NCBI GenBank assembly: GCA_031411135.1
Contig: JANOAN010000004.1
Span: forward strand, 1-61,350
DNA: 61,350 nucleotides
Direction: 5' to 3'
Origin: a bacterium
GTDB lineage: Bacteria; Patescibacteriota; Minisyncoccia; Phycocordibacterales; CAIZLB01
Positions 35,352 to 45,268 of the stretch are shown in pieces. Within the stretch, counting starts at the first letter, position 1. Every line of letters starts with the position of its first letter. The notes below the pieces were generated by a model. The model saw only the letters and a program-made list of their open reading frames with translations, ran no database searches and was not told the origin of the DNA. A program made the translations under genes and the position numbers.

Positions 35352-38300
35352 ATGGCATACAATACAAACAAAACAGCATATAAGGCACCAGTAAGAGGAG
35401 TAGACGAGTTCGACGCATTGCTTCTAAAGCTTGCTTCACCTGACAAGATTAAAGAATGGTCTCACGGAGAAGTGACGAAGCCTGAAACGATGAACTATCG
35501 TACTCAGAGATCTGAAAAGAACGGTCTTTTCGATGAGAAAATCTTCGGAACAGAAAAAGATTACGAATGTTACTGTGGAAAATACCGAGGAATTCGTTAC
35601 AAGGGAATTGTCTGTGAAAAGTGTGGAGTAGAACTCACACGATCAATCGTTAGACGAGAAAGAATGGGACACATTGAACTTGCAGTTCCTGTTTCACATA
35701 TCTGGTACCTAAGAAACCTGCCTTCGAGAATCGCGCAAATGATGGGAATGGCAGCAGGAGACATGGAAAAGGTTATTTACTTTGCAGGATACTTAATTAC
35801 AAAAGTAAACGAAGAAGAAAAGCAGAGACTTTTGAGAGACCTAGATAGTGAATTCAAAAACAAGATCAAGTCTATTCAGGACGAAAAAACAAAAGAAGCA
35901 ATTACAGAATTGTTGAACAATGCTCGACGCGACATCGACAGTATTCAGGTTGGACGAGTATTGGATGAAATTCAGTATCACAAATTCTCTCTAAAATTCG
36001 GAGCTTCTTTTGAAGCGGGAATTGGAGCAGAAGCTGTTTACAGTATCTTCAAGAATATTGACCTTAAGAAATTGTTAGGTGAATTAGAAGCACTAGAAGA
36101 CAAGGTTGGTGCAGCTGAACGAGAAAAGATTCTAAAGAGAATCAGTCTTGTAAAATCGATGATCCGCGCAAGTCTACGACCAGAATGGATGTTCATTTCA
36201 TCTCTTCCAGTTATTCCTGCAGCACTTCGACCGATGGTAGCCCTCGACGGTGGACGACATGCAACATCAGACGTGAACGACTTGTATCGACGAGTTATCA
36301 ACCGAAACAACCGATTGAAAAAGTTGAAAGAAATAAACGCACCTGACGTAATTCTTAGAAATGAAAAGCGAATCTTGCAAGAAGCGGTTGATGCACTGTT
36401 AGACAACTCTATCCGACATGGTGGAACTGTTTACGCTGGACTCAACCCTGCTCAGAGACGACCATTGAAATCTTTGGCAGACAGCTTAAAGAGTAAGCGT
36501 GGTCTTTTCAGACAGAACCTACTTGGTAAACGAGTAGACTACTCTGGACGATCAGTAATCGTTGTGGGACCAGAACTTAAAATTAACCAGTGTGGACTTC
36601 CAAAACACATGGCACTTGAACTTTTCAAACCATTCGTGATTTCAGAATTGCTACGAAAGGAATTGGCGTTCAACATCCGCGGAGCCTCTCGACTTATTGA
36701 AGAAGGAGTTCCAGAAGTGTGGGCGATTCTCGAAGATGTGATTAAAGAAAAATACCTTCTATTGAACCGAGCACCTACTCTTCACCGATTGTCTATTCAG
36801 GCTTTCCAGCCAGTATTGATTGAAGGTAATGCGATTCAGATTCACCCTCTTGTTTGTTCTCCATTCAACGCTGACTTCGACGGAGATACTATGGCGGTTC
36901 ACGTTCCATTGTCAGTTGAAGCTCAGTGGGAAGCTCGAGAAATCATGGCAGCTCACAAGAATATTCTAAAGCCAGGTACCGGAGAACCAACTGTTACAAA
37001 CAAAATGTTGGAGATCATTCTCGGTGCTTACTGGATGACAAAAACTGTTAAGGGAGAAAAGGGAGAAGGGAAGGTCTTCACCTCACCTGAAGAAGTTTTA
37101 CAAGCAGTCAACTATAACTACCTATCATACCGAGCGTCTATTAAGGTTCTTCTTCCTGAAAATGCGAAATTTGGAGCATTAGGTGGAACTGTTATCGAAA
37201 CAACTGCCGGAAGAATTTTGTTCAACAATACACTGCCTGCAGATTGTGAATTCGTAAACAAAGAAATTACTAAGTCATCAATCGCCGTGGTTCTAGACAG
37301 ACTTATTGAGACAAAGGGAATAACAGGAGTTACAAGTATCATCGACGATATCAAGGACTTCGGATTCAAATACGTTACATCTACTGGTATTACTTGGGGA
37401 ATGGACGACATTACAGTTCCAGTTGAAAAAGCTGAAGTAGTAGAAGCCGCATACAAGAAATACGACCTCGTTATGGCCCAGTACAATGAAGGTTTGATTT
37501 CAGAAGAAGAAAAAGTTCGACTGAACTCTGAAATTTGGCTCGGTGCGAAGGCTGAAATTGAAAAGCATATCACGCGAACATTCGATACAACTTCACCTGC
37601 ATACGACATGGTTACATCTGGTGCCCGAGGTTCATTCGGACAAATCACACAGATGGTAGGTATGAAAGGTTTGATTCAAAACTCGGCCGGAGTAACAATT
37701 GACCTTCCGATCGTGTCTTCTTTCAAAGAAGGACTTACACCGATTGAATATTTTATTTCAACAAACGGTGCACGAAAGGGTATGACTGACATCGCCTTGA
37801 ACACTGCGAAGGCGGGTTACTTAACACGAAAGCTGTTCGTTTCAGCACAGAGCGTAATGATCACAGAAGACGATTGTAATGTGAAAGAAGGAATCATGGT
37901 CAATAAGATTATGGCTTCAGGAATCGAAGCTTCACTATCAAAGAGTGTGGCAGGACGAGTTGCCGCAAAGGACGTTGCAGATAGCTCTGGAAACGTTATC
38001 TTGAAACGAGGAACATTGGTGTCAAAAGAAGATGCTGACATGCTTGAAAAGAATGGAATAAAACAAATTGCAGTTCGTTCACCTCTAACATGTAAGACAA
38101 AACTAGGTGTTTGTGCACAATGTTACGGAATCGACTTGGGTACTGGAAAGTTAATCGCCATCGGTGAGGCAGTTGGAACAATTGCTGCACAGGCGATTGG
38201 AGAGCCAGGTACACAGTTGACGATGAGAACCTTCCACGCCGGAGGAGTAGCGACAGCAGGTGGAGACATCGTATCTGGACTTCCTCGAGTAGAAGAAGTA

Positions 38301-39068
38301 TTCGAAAAGCGATCTCCTAAAAACCCAGCTGTTATTTCACATGTTGACGGTATGATTTCTGAAGTAAAGGATCTTGGAAAAGAAAAACTTATCAAGGTTG
38401 TTCCTGATGTACCTACAAAGAACAAGAAGGGGGGAAGCGAAGTTGAACACTACTTCCACCACATCCGAGTACCTCTTGTTAAGGTTGGACAGCATGTGTC
38501 AAAGGGAGACTTTTTAACTGACGGTACATCTGATATTGATGAATTGTTCAAGTACGCCGGAAAAGACAAGGCTCAGGAATACATCATTAATGAAGTTAAG
38601 AAACTTTACGAATTGCAGGGAGAAAACACTTCTCGAAAACACATCGAAGTTATCGTACGACAGATGTTCTCACGACTTGAGGTTACGCAATCTGGAAATA
38701 CTGACTTCTCTGCAGGAGACATTGTTGAAGCGACTGAAATCGAGGAAGCAAATGCTAAGGTTAAGGCAGCTGGAGGAATCGAAGCGAAGGCAGTTCCAGT
38801 TGTGATGGGTATTACTGAAACGTCTCTTACACGAAGAAGTGTATTGTCAGCCGCTTCGTTCCAGCACACAAACCGAATCTTGGTCTCTGCGTCACTTTCT
38901 GCTCGACCTGATCCACTGTACGGTATTATGGAAAACGTAATCATCGGTAGACTCATTCCTGCGGGAACTGGATTTAAGGGAAGTAAGAAATACAATGATT
39001 TGCATGCGATGAAAACTCAGGCGATTGAGTTGGAGGAGAGTGCGAATCGGGTGGTGGTGACGGAGTAG
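35352..39068 (+). CDS. rpoC: DNA-directed RNA polymerase subunit beta' (1238 aa)
   Basis: Zn-binding CYCGKYRG...CEKCG, the catalytic NADFDGDTMAVHVP motif and trigger-loop blocks. Confidence 0.98.
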   Translation: MAYNTNKTAYKAPVRGVDEFDALLLKLASPDKIKEWSHGEVTKPETMNYRTQRSEKNGLFDEKIFGTEKDYECYCGKYRGIRYKGIVCEKCGVELTRSIVRRERMGHIELAVPVSHIWYLRNLPSRIAQMMGMAAGDMEKVIYFAGYLITKVNEEEKQRLLRDLDSEFKNKIKSIQDEKTKEAITELLNNARRDIDSIQVGRVLDEIQYHKFSLKFGASFEAGIGAEAVYSIFKNIDLKKLLGELEALEDKVGAAEREKILKRISLVKSMIRASLRPEWMFISSLPVIPAALRPMVALDGGRHATSDVNDLYRRVINRNNRLKKLKEINAPDVILRNEKRILQEAVDALLDNSIRHGGTVYAGLNPAQRRPLKSLADSLKSKRGLFRQNLLGKRVDYSGRSVIVVGPELKINQCGLPKHMALELFKPFVISELLRKELAFNIRGASRLIEEGVPEVWAILEDVIKEKYLLLNRAPTLHRLSIQAFQPVLIEGNAIQIHPLVCSPFNADFDGDTMAVHVPLSVEAQWEAREIMAAHKNILKPGTGEPTVTNKMLEIILGAYWMTKTVKGEKGEGKVFTSPEEVLQAVNYNYLSYRASIKVLLPENAKFGALGGTVIETTAGRILFNNTLPADCEFVNKEITKSSIAVVLDRLIETKGITGVTSIIDDIKDFGFKYVTSTGITWGMDDITVPVEKAEVVEAAYKKYDLVMAQYNEGLISEEEKVRLNSEIWLGAKAEIEKHITRTFDTTSPAYDMVTSGARGSFGQITQMVGMKGLIQNSAGVTIDLPIVSSFKEGLTPIEYFISTNGARKGMTDIALNTAKAGYLTRKLFVSAQSVMITEDDCNVKEGIMVNKIMASGIEASLSKSVAGRVAAKDVADSSGNVILKRGTLVSKEDADMLEKNGIKQIAVRSPLTCKTKLGVCAQCYGIDLGTGKLIAIGEAVGTIAAQAIGEPGTQLTMRTFHAGGVATAGGDIVSGLPRVEEVFEKRSPKNPAVISHVDGMISEVKDLGKEKLIKVVPDVPTKNKKGGSEVEHYFHHIRVPLVKVGQHVSKGDFLTDGTSDIDELFKYAGKDKAQEYIINEVKKLYELQGENTSRKHIEVIVRQMFSRLEVTQSGNTDFSAGDIVEATEIEEANAKVKAAGGIEAKAVPVVMGITETSLTRRSVLSAASFQHTNRILVSASLSARPDPLYGIMENVIIGRLIPAGTGFKGSKKYNDLHAMKTQAIELEESANRVVVTE

Positions 39069-39081
39069 GTTTAAGGAAAAC

Positions 39082-39109
39082 AAAAAGGCCCCTCTCGGGG
39101 CTTTTTGTT
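39082..39109. terminator. Bidirectional intrinsic terminator after rpoC
   Basis: AAAAAGGCCCC, loop TCTC, GGGGCTTTTT. Confidence 0.85.
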
Positions 39110-39121
39110 TTGCGTCCAGTA

Positions 39122-39156
39122 GAAAAGGCGCGTCCGGTGGTGTTCCAGACGCGCCC
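39122..39156 (-). terminator. Intrinsic terminator of cassette E (minus strand)
   Basis: GGCGCGTC (39127-39134) pairs with GACGCGCC (39148-39155). The T-run is present on the minus strand only. Confidence 0.75.
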
Positions 39157-39179
39157 TTGGGTTGGGGGGGTAATTCTCC

Positions 39180-39554
39180 TCAGCTTTTCCTTCCAGTCAG
39201 CCTCAGGATTCCGAATGCGAAGGCCAGGAGGAATATGCCTTTCATTGCCTCGACAAAGATTTTCGCACACTTGTGTATGATCTGTAGGTCGTTCCAGTCC
39301 TGGATATTGATTGCTGTTGGAGCAATCAACACCAGCGCCCCTTCGATGCAGGTCGGCGTGGTATAGCCGTAGGTTGCCGAGGAATAACGGTCGTTATAAG
39401 TCGGTTCGTACGTATCCACACTTTTCCTGTATTCGTCCCACTTTTGTTCCGGGATGTCTTTGCCCTTACTGCGGGCGTAGTCTTCGTCAGTGTCCGCCTT
39501 GGCGGCGCCTGAGAGGATTGAGAGGATTGCGATGATTGTATGGATGATTTTCAT
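39180..39554 (-). CDS. Hypothetical secreted protein (124 aa) with a C-terminal hydrophobic anchor; GC-rich cassette E
   Basis: Signal peptide MKIIHTIIAILSILSGAAKA and C-terminal GIFLLAFAFGIL. No family recognised. Its 5' leader is shared with the gene at 44651. Confidence 0.55.
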   Translation of the reverse strand: MKIIHTIIAILSILSGAAKADTDEDYARSKGKDIPEQKWDEYRKSVDTYEPTYNDRYSSATYGYTTPTCIEGALVLIAPTAINIQDWNDLQIIHKCAKIFVEAMKGIFLLAFAFGILRLTGRKS

Positions 39555-39696
39555 GAATGGGTTGGTTTTCGTGGAAGGCCCATGGTCGGAATGACGCCGG
39601 GCTTTCTTCCAAAACCAAACTTCTCAAAGATCTATATTATATAATAATGCACTATATACACCCACTTGTCAACCCCATCTAAACCCCAGCAAAATA

Positions 39697-39948
39697 ATGT
39701 ATAATTACCCCATGAAAACCCTCCCAGAAATCAAAGCCCAAATAGAGCACATGATAAATATGTACGAAGGAACCGAGCCTGGCTACCAGATTTCCTACTA
39801 CCACGGTCATGACAAATACGAGGAAAAAATATATAAAGAAATTCATGACTTTCCAGATTCAAAGGAAAAAATTGAAGTGTTAATATTACTTGAAAAGTTG
39901 AATAAAATTCACTATGAGCTTAGAGTAAGTCTAACTAACGCAAAATAA
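39697..39948 (+). CDS. Hypothetical small protein (83 aa), translationally coupled to dnaG
   Basis: TAATG overlap with the dnaG start at 39948. No family recognised. Confidence 0.5.
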   Translation: MYNYPMKTLPEIKAQIEHMINMYEGTEPGYQISYYHGHDKYEEKIYKEIHDFPDSKEKIEVLILLEKLNKIHYELRVSLTNAK

Positions 39949-41726
39949 TGTCCTCAACTGCCGAACGAATCAAAGAAAAACTAAGCATAGTCGATGTCCT
40001 CGGCTCGTATATAAAATTGGAAAAATCCGGTGCCAATTTTAAAGCCCGCTGCCCATTTCATAATGAAAAAACTCCATCGTTCATGGTTTCGCCAAGCAGA
40101 AACTCATACTACTGTTTCGGTTGCCAAGCGAGTGGTGATATTTTCTCTTTTGTACAAGAATTCGAAAAACTAGACTTTGTCGGGGCACTTAAACTTTTAG
40201 CTGACAAAGCCGGTATAACACTCGATGACTTTCAAAATGGAAAAGACAAAGGAAAAGAAAATCGTTTGAGAGAAGTATTAAAAGAAGCAACAAAACTTTA
40301 CCAAACTAAATTAAGTGGTGATCCATTAAATTACTTATTGAAAAGAGGATTAACAAAAGAAACCATTCATGACTGGCAAATTGGTTTCGCACCTGATGAA
40401 TGGAGATTTTCACAAGATAGTTTATTAAACAAAAAATTCTCAATCCAAGAACTTCTCGATGCTGGACTTTCAAAGAGAAAGGAAGGAAGTAATGATTCAT
40501 ACGATCGATTCCGAAATAGAATTATGTTTCCAATCACAGACTCTCAGGGTTATATAGTTGGTTTTTCCGGCCGCATAATGGGCCCTGAACAAGAGGGTAG
40601 TCCAAAGTACCTAAACAGCCCTGAAACCCCTCTATTCAACAAATCTGAGGTTATGTACGGCATCCACAAAGCCAAGGAGGGGATTCGCAAGTGGGGCTAT
40701 GCAATCGTTGTCGAAGGCCAGATGGATCTGTTACTGTGCCACCAAGCAGGATTTCAAAATACACTCGCGACTTCTGGAACGTCTCTCACAAAAGATCACT
40801 TAACAAAGATTAAAAGATACACGGATAAATTGATGATTGTATATGATGCAGATAGTGCAGGGGTTCGTGCATCGGTTCGTGCATGGGCTTTGTCATTGTC
40901 AGTTGGATTGGACGTTAAGATTTCAATTTTGCCAAAGGGCGAAGACCCAGCTTCTATGATTTTGAAAGATCCTGAGATTTTCAAGAAAGCTCTCAAAAAT
41001 TCTAAACATGTAGTTGAGTTCGTGCTTGAACAGATCATTTCAAAAGGTTTGAAGGATAGGGAACTTGGAAAGGCGGTAAATGCTGAAGTTTTGCCATTAG
41101 TTGCCAGTATCGAAAGCGCTATCGATAAGGCACACTTTGTAAAATTGATAAGCAACAAAACCTTCATCTCTGAAGAAAACATTCAAGAAGACTTGGCAAA
41201 AACAAAACCGTTGGACCTTCAGACCCAAGAAGAGGTAAAATATGAAGCCCCACAACCCTTGACTGAAATGTCACAAGAAGATAAAGTACTCTTCGAGACG
41301 GTCAAGCGGCTTGCAGGGATTGCCCTCATGGCTCGCGAACAACTAAATACTCCGACAGATCAGACGACTGATCTGTCACAAACAGGCGCCTCAGGCGTCA
41401 TACAAGAAGTGCAGAGAATCCTAAAGGACTCTCCAGTACACATTTCCAAAGAATTTGAACGTTTAATTTCGGAAGCCCCCAACAAATTAATATTTGAGAC
41501 AGAACTTCTATACAAAGGAAGTACAACAATTGAAAAAGAGATCCAGTATCTATTGCTGACTCTTGAAGAAACCATTTTAAAAAACACTTTCAGCAATTAT
41601 ATGCGAGAAATGCAGGTAGCTGAAAATAGAGGGGAGAAACCTAAGGCCTTAGAACTTTTGAAAAAGTGTCAGGAATTGAGCCAGCAAATGAGTAGCGTAC
41701 AACACAAAAGAATGAATTTAAATTAA
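39948..41726 (+). CDS. dnaG: DNA primase (592 aa)
   Basis: CHC2 zinc finger (CPFHNEKTPSFMVSP...YYCFGCQASGD), the RNA-polymerase core and TOPRIM (VVEGQMD...YDADSAG). Confidence 0.95.
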   Translation: MSSTAERIKEKLSIVDVLGSYIKLEKSGANFKARCPFHNEKTPSFMVSPSRNSYYCFGCQASGDIFSFVQEFEKLDFVGALKLLADKAGITLDDFQNGKDKGKENRLREVLKEATKLYQTKLSGDPLNYLLKRGLTKETIHDWQIGFAPDEWRFSQDSLLNKKFSIQELLDAGLSKRKEGSNDSYDRFRNRIMFPITDSQGYIVGFSGRIMGPEQEGSPKYLNSPETPLFNKSEVMYGIHKAKEGIRKWGYAIVVEGQMDLLLCHQAGFQNTLATSGTSLTKDHLTKIKRYTDKLMIVYDADSAGVRASVRAWALSLSVGLDVKISILPKGEDPASMILKDPEIFKKALKNSKHVVEFVLEQIISKGLKDRELGKAVNAEVLPLVASIESAIDKAHFVKLISNKTFISEENIQEDLAKTKPLDLQTQEEVKYEAPQPLTEMSQEDKVLFETVKRLAGIALMAREQLNTPTDQTTDLSQTGASGVIQEVQRILKDSPVHISKEFERLISEAPNKLIFETELLYKGSTTIEKEIQYLLLTLEETILKNTFSNYMREMQVAENRGEKPKALELLKKCQELSQQMSSVQHKRMNLN

Positions 41727-41729
41727 AAT

Positions 41730-43061
41730 ATGAAAAAAACCACAAAATCCAAAAAAACCGTTCAGTCATTAAAAAAAGTCTCAGAAAAAGTTAATAAACT
41801 TAAAAAAATAAAAGCCAGTCGTTCAAAAACAGCGGTTAAAAAATCTGTTAAATCTCCAATTCAATACAGTGCTAAGGCTATGAAGGCAAAGGCTCTCGGA
41901 AAAACGACTATTGGTTTTATGCCAATGTCAGAGCGTCCGGTTTTGTCTATGTCTGTAAAGCCAACTATCAATAATAAAAAAACTTCGACTTGGGAAAAGA
42001 AGGCTGAGGATTTGATTTTGAAAGGTAAGGATCGCGGGTTCGTCACTTACGATGAAATTTTGAAAGAGTTTCCTTTTATTGAGGAAGATGTGGATTTCTT
42101 GGAATCCCTATATACAAAATTACACGGATCAGGCGTTGATATTTTGGAAAGTGGAGGAATTTTAGATGTGAATGAAAACACAGAAGAGTTTTTGAAGAAA
42201 TACGCAACCAGTCACCGAAGCGATTCTTCGTACGATTCTATTCAAATGTATTTGAAGGAAATCGGACAGTATCCATTAATCGGGGCACACGAGGAAAAAG
42301 AATTGGCACGACGAATTCAATTAGGAGATCAGGAGGCAAAAAACTTGCTTGCAAAAGCAAACCTTCGTCTCGTAGTTTCAATTGCTAAGAAGTACGCAAA
42401 CCGAAGTCCTGATTTGACTCTGTTGGACTTGATTCAAGAGGGAAACCTTGGTCTTTTCAAGGCCGTAGATAAGTTCGACCCGACAAAGGGATTCAAATTC
42501 TCTACTTATGCAACATGGTGGATTCGACAATCAATTACTCGAGCATTGGCAGATCAATCACGAACTATTCGAGTGCCGGTTCACATGGTTGAAACTATTG
42601 CGAAATATAAGCAGGTAGTGCGACGACTCTTCCAGGATTTAGGACGTGAACCTTTGCCAGAAGAAATTGCAACAGAAATGGGAATCGAAGTTGATAAGGT
42701 ATATATGATTGAAAAAATTGATCAGGCGACGGTGTCATTGGATGCGCCAGTTGGAGACAAGGATGACGATATGGCTTCATCATACGGAGATTTTATTCCA
42801 GACGACAAGATTCTTTCACCAGATCAAGATTCATCTAGAAGAATTCTTGCTGATCAGGTTAAGGAAATTTTGAGCGATCTTTCTGAAAAGGAGAGAGAGA
42901 TTTTGGCCCTAAGACATGGACTTACTGATGGAATTCAACATACACTAGAGGAAGTGGGGAAGATGTTTGGGGTAACCCGAGAGCGTATTCGACAGATCGA
43001 GGCAAAAGCGCACGAAAAGATTCGACAGCATGATAAAGTGAATCGGTTGAAGAATTATTAA
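41730..43061 (+). CDS. rpoD: Primary sigma-70 factor (443 aa)
   Basis: Region 2 ([34 protein letters not shown]), region 3 and region 4 ([23 protein letters not shown]). Lys-rich N-terminus. Confidence 0.96.
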   Translation: MKKTTKSKKTVQSLKKVSEKVNKLKKIKASRSKTAVKKSVKSPIQYSAKAMKAKALGKTTIGFMPMSERPVLSMSVKPTINNKKTSTWEKKAEDLILKGKDRGFVTYDEILKEFPFIEEDVDFLESLYTKLHGSGVDILESGGILDVNENTEEFLKKYATSHRSDSSYDSIQMYLKEIGQYPLIGAHEEKELARRIQLGDQEAKNLLAKANLRLVVSIAKKYANRSPDLTLLDLIQEGNLGLFKAVDKFDPTKGFKFSTYATWWIRQSITRALADQSRTIRVPVHMVETIAKYKQVVRRLFQDLGREPLPEEIATEMGIEVDKVYMIEKIDQATVSLDAPVGDKDDDMASSYGDFIPDDKILSPDQDSSRRILADQVKEILSDLSEKEREILALRHGLTDGIQHTLEEVGKMFGVTRERIRQIEAKAHEKIRQHDKVNRLKNY

Positions 43062-43086
43062 AAAAGGGATTTTGAAAGTAAGTTTG

Positions 43087-43128
43087 AAGTCGCCCATTGT
43101 TAATTAATTAACAATGGGCGACTTTTGG
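43087..43128 (+). terminator. Perfect 38-bp palindrome followed by a T-run (rpoD terminator)
   Basis: AAGTCGCCCATTGTTAATT (43087-43105) pairs with AATTAACAATGGGCGACTT (43106-43124). Confidence 0.8.
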
Positions 43129-43140
43129 TGTCTATGAAAA

Positions 43141-43200
43141 AGAAAAACCGCCCCGACCAAGAAAAGCGCCGGGGCGGTTTTTCTTGATGGGAGCGGCAGG
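43141..43200 (-). repeat. Terminator module, copy 1 (hairpin ACCGCCCC...GGGGCGGT plus a conserved 3' flank)
   Basis: AGAAAAACCGCCCCGACCAAGAAAAGCGCCGGGGCGGTTTTTCTTGATGGGAGCGG. By eye about four fifths identical to 44745-44805. It sits directly downstream of the stop at 43201. Confidence 0.75.
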
Positions 43201-43692
43201 CTACTTCTCGTGAGCCCTGTTGTATTCAATCGGGTTTTCCAGCCACCGGTAGAATTCTGGGAAGTTGGTTCCAGAAGGTCCAGGTCCTCCTTTTGCCCAA
43301 GCCTCGGCGATTTTCAGATCGGCAGTTGTCGCCAGAGTGATTGCAGGACCACTGCCTTCACTCCAGAAGAAGCAATAGCGGCCGGGCTGCAGATCTTTCG
43401 AGAAGGTCTTGATGAGGTCGATATCACTTTTCCGATCGAAGGTCGTGCGGTGACTCTTGAACTCATACGATTGACCCGGCAGGTCAACTGTCTTTGCAGT
43501 GAAGCCATTGTGGTCCACTTTCTCGATCTGATAGACACGGCCGAGGTGGGGTTCCTTGTTGGATCTCCAAGCGATCATGCAAAACATGATGGCACCAAAT
43601 ACCAATGTTGCGAGCATGAGGATGTGTGGTGGCTGGAGCTTTCCATGATTACGGCCCATGGAGGGGCTTGGTTTGTGTGGTGTGGTTTTCAT
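43201..43692 (-). CDS. Hypothetical single-pass membrane protein (163 aa from ATG 43692; TTG at 43722 in the track); GC-rich cassette F
   Basis: TM helix ILMLATLVFGAIMFCMIAW. No family recognised. Minus-strand promoter TTGACA (43773-43778), 17-nt spacer, TATATT. Confidence 0.55.
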   Translation of the reverse strand: MKTTPHKPSPSMGRNHGKLQPPHILMLATLVFGAIMFCMIAWRSNKEPHLGRVYQIEKVDHNGFTAKTVDLPGQSYEFKSHRTTFDRKSDIDLIKTFSKDLQPGRYCFFWSEGSGPAITLATTADLKIAEAWAKGGPGPSGTNFPEFYRWLENPIEYNRAHEK

Positions 43693-43784
43693 AGAAAAAC
43701 CTTTGATGTAAAGACTTTTCAATGAAAACCACGAGAACTTCTAAAAAGTAATATAATACAAATATGTGTAAATGTCAATGAATA

Positions 43785-43819
43785 ACAAAAGGCCGGAACG
43801 CTTTTCGCGTTCCGGCCTT
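43785..43819 (-). terminator. Intrinsic terminator (minus strand) of the JAB-like gene
   Basis: GGCCGGAACGC (43791-43801) pairs with GCGTTCCGGCC (43807-43817). The T-run is on the minus strand. Confidence 0.8.
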
Positions 43820-43820
43820 G

Positions 43821-44651
43821 TCACAAGTAGAAGTGTTTTTGCTGTCCCCTCATGGTCAGGATGGCAAGCTCGTCGGCCAGTCTTTCGGTGATTTCCTCGT
43901 GGCGTTTTCCGACTTTATGGAAAGCCTGCCAATGCTTCTTTTTGGCTTCCTTGAATGTCCGCAGCTCTTGTCCTTCCAGCTTCTCCGTCAACATGATGTC
44001 CACTTTGCCGATCACGCTTTTTTGCGGAACCAGCTTATATGCATCGAGGTGCCAGAGAGGTTTTCCTTCCCGGAGGTTATTAGTGATCAGAAGGTGAGTG
44101 TTACCAGGTGTGAACTGGATGTCTGCCGGTGAGAGTTGTCTTGCAAACGTTTCATTGACGACCATATCCATCGAAGGTTTTCTGCCATCGACGCTTAGAT
44201 AATCAAAGACACCACTTGCTAGTTCTTCCTCCAGGATTTCAAGGTAAGCCTCTGCTTCTCCTGGCCACATGTCGAGCATCTGGTCTTCACCTGTGTTTGG
44301 ATGCGAGTGGTAGAGGACGGTGTGCACACCGTCATGGGACTCTGCAAAGGCTCGAGTCACTTCGTCCTCGAATACCCACCAGGCTCCTCTGATGTCAGGT
44401 TCGAGAGCCACCTCGCGAACCTGAGGTTCCCAGAGAGGATAGAGTTTCCCTGAACATAGGGGATTGATCGAGACGACATAGAATACGCCGTCACGATACA
44501 CGCCAGTCAGGAATCCTGAATTTTCAACTGGGGCAAACGAATCTGCTTTAAAGTTCTTTACGAACAACCTCGGAATCGCGAACTTGACGACACCGGGTTG
44601 GTTGAGCGCGAGCTCTTGCCAAACGGGCGTCGTGGTTGCGTCGATTTTCAT
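43821..44651 (-). CDS. JAB/MPN-like (JAMM) domain protein with an uncharacterised C-terminal half (276 aa); GC-rich cassette F
   Basis: PVENSGFLTGV (the E-x-x-G-x-L-x-G context of the JAMM Glu) and VLYHSHPNTGEDQMLD (HxH plus a downstream Asp). The canonical Ser is not evident. 33/60 G+C at 44341-44400. Confidence 0.4.
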   Translation of the reverse strand: MKIDATTTPVWQELALNQPGVVKFAIPRLFVKNFKADSFAPVENSGFLTGVYRDGVFYVVSINPLCSGKLYPLWEPQVREVALEPDIRGAWWVFEDEVTRAFAESHDGVHTVLYHSHPNTGEDQMLDMWPGEAEAYLEILEEELASGVFDYLSVDGRKPSMDMVVNETFARQLSPADIQFTPGNTHLLITNNLREGKPLWHLDAYKLVPQKSVIGKVDIMLTEKLEGQELRTFKEAKKKHWQAFHKVGKRHEEITERLADELAILTMRGQQKHFYL

Positions 44652-44744
44652 TTATTGGGTTGGTTTTGGTTTGTGACAAGTTGCTTGTCTGAAAACATAG
44701 TACAATATTTATATAAAAAGTCAAATTTACTAAATATATATAAA

Positions 44745-44805
44745 AAGAAAAAACCGCCCCAACCAAGAGAAACCACGGGGCGGTTTTCCTGATAGAAGCG
44801 GGGTG
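44745..44805 (-). repeat. Terminator module, copy 2
   Basis: AGAAAAAACCGCCCCAACCAAGAGAAACCACGGGGCGGTTTTCCTGATAGAAGCGG, directly downstream of the stop at 44815. Confidence 0.75.
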
Positions 44806-44814
44806 TGATGTAGA

Positions 44815-45228
44815 TCAGCCGAAGAGTTCAGCGAGGATCGAGGCTGTCATTGGGCTGAGACGATCAGGGGTGATTTGATATCTCACACCATCGGACTCGA
44901 ATGAGACACGTCCCTGCTCAGAGATCGAGACAGGTGTGGAACTCATCATGACTTCGATTATCTGTTCTCCGTCAGGACTCATCTGGTCTCCTAAAGTCTC
45001 GTCTCCCACAATCCTGAAAGCGCATTGCGGCACTTGCAGGGTCAGTTTGTCCCCCGAGTAGTCGAAGTTCTTAATCTTTCCTATGCGGGTGACACGTTGA
45101 CTACCCTCTACTTTGGTGAAGGTGATGTGAACTTTTGCAATGATCAGCCATTCGATCGTGTAAGGCCAGTCAGTTTTCCTGACGGGGTCGGTTGCTGCGG
45201 TTGGTGTTTCTTCTGTGTGTGAGGACAT
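44815..45228 (-). CDS. Hypothetical protein (137 aa from ATG 45228; the track start at 45276 lies inside a 19-bp hairpin); GC-rich cassette F
   Basis: ORF MSSHTEETPTAATDP...ILAELFG. No family recognised. The start codon is uncertain. Confidence 0.5.
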   Translation of the reverse strand: MSSHTEETPTAATDPVRKTDWPYTIEWLIIAKVHITFTKVEGSQRVTRIGKIKNFDYSGDKLTLQVPQCAFRIVGDETLGDQMSPDGEQIIEVMMSSTPVSISEQGRVSFESDGVRYQITPDRLSPMTASILAELFG

Positions 45229-45268
45229 TGTGTGTATGGTAAATGTTTGTAGTGACACGCCAGTAATT

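Noticed and set aside
43210-44132. Plus-strand ORFs (171, 104 and 81 aa) antisense to cassette F genes
   Set aside because: Long antisense ORFs are expected in GC-richer DNA. The minus-strand ORFs have promoters, terminators and sensible TM or JAB-like features, and the plus-strand ones have none.
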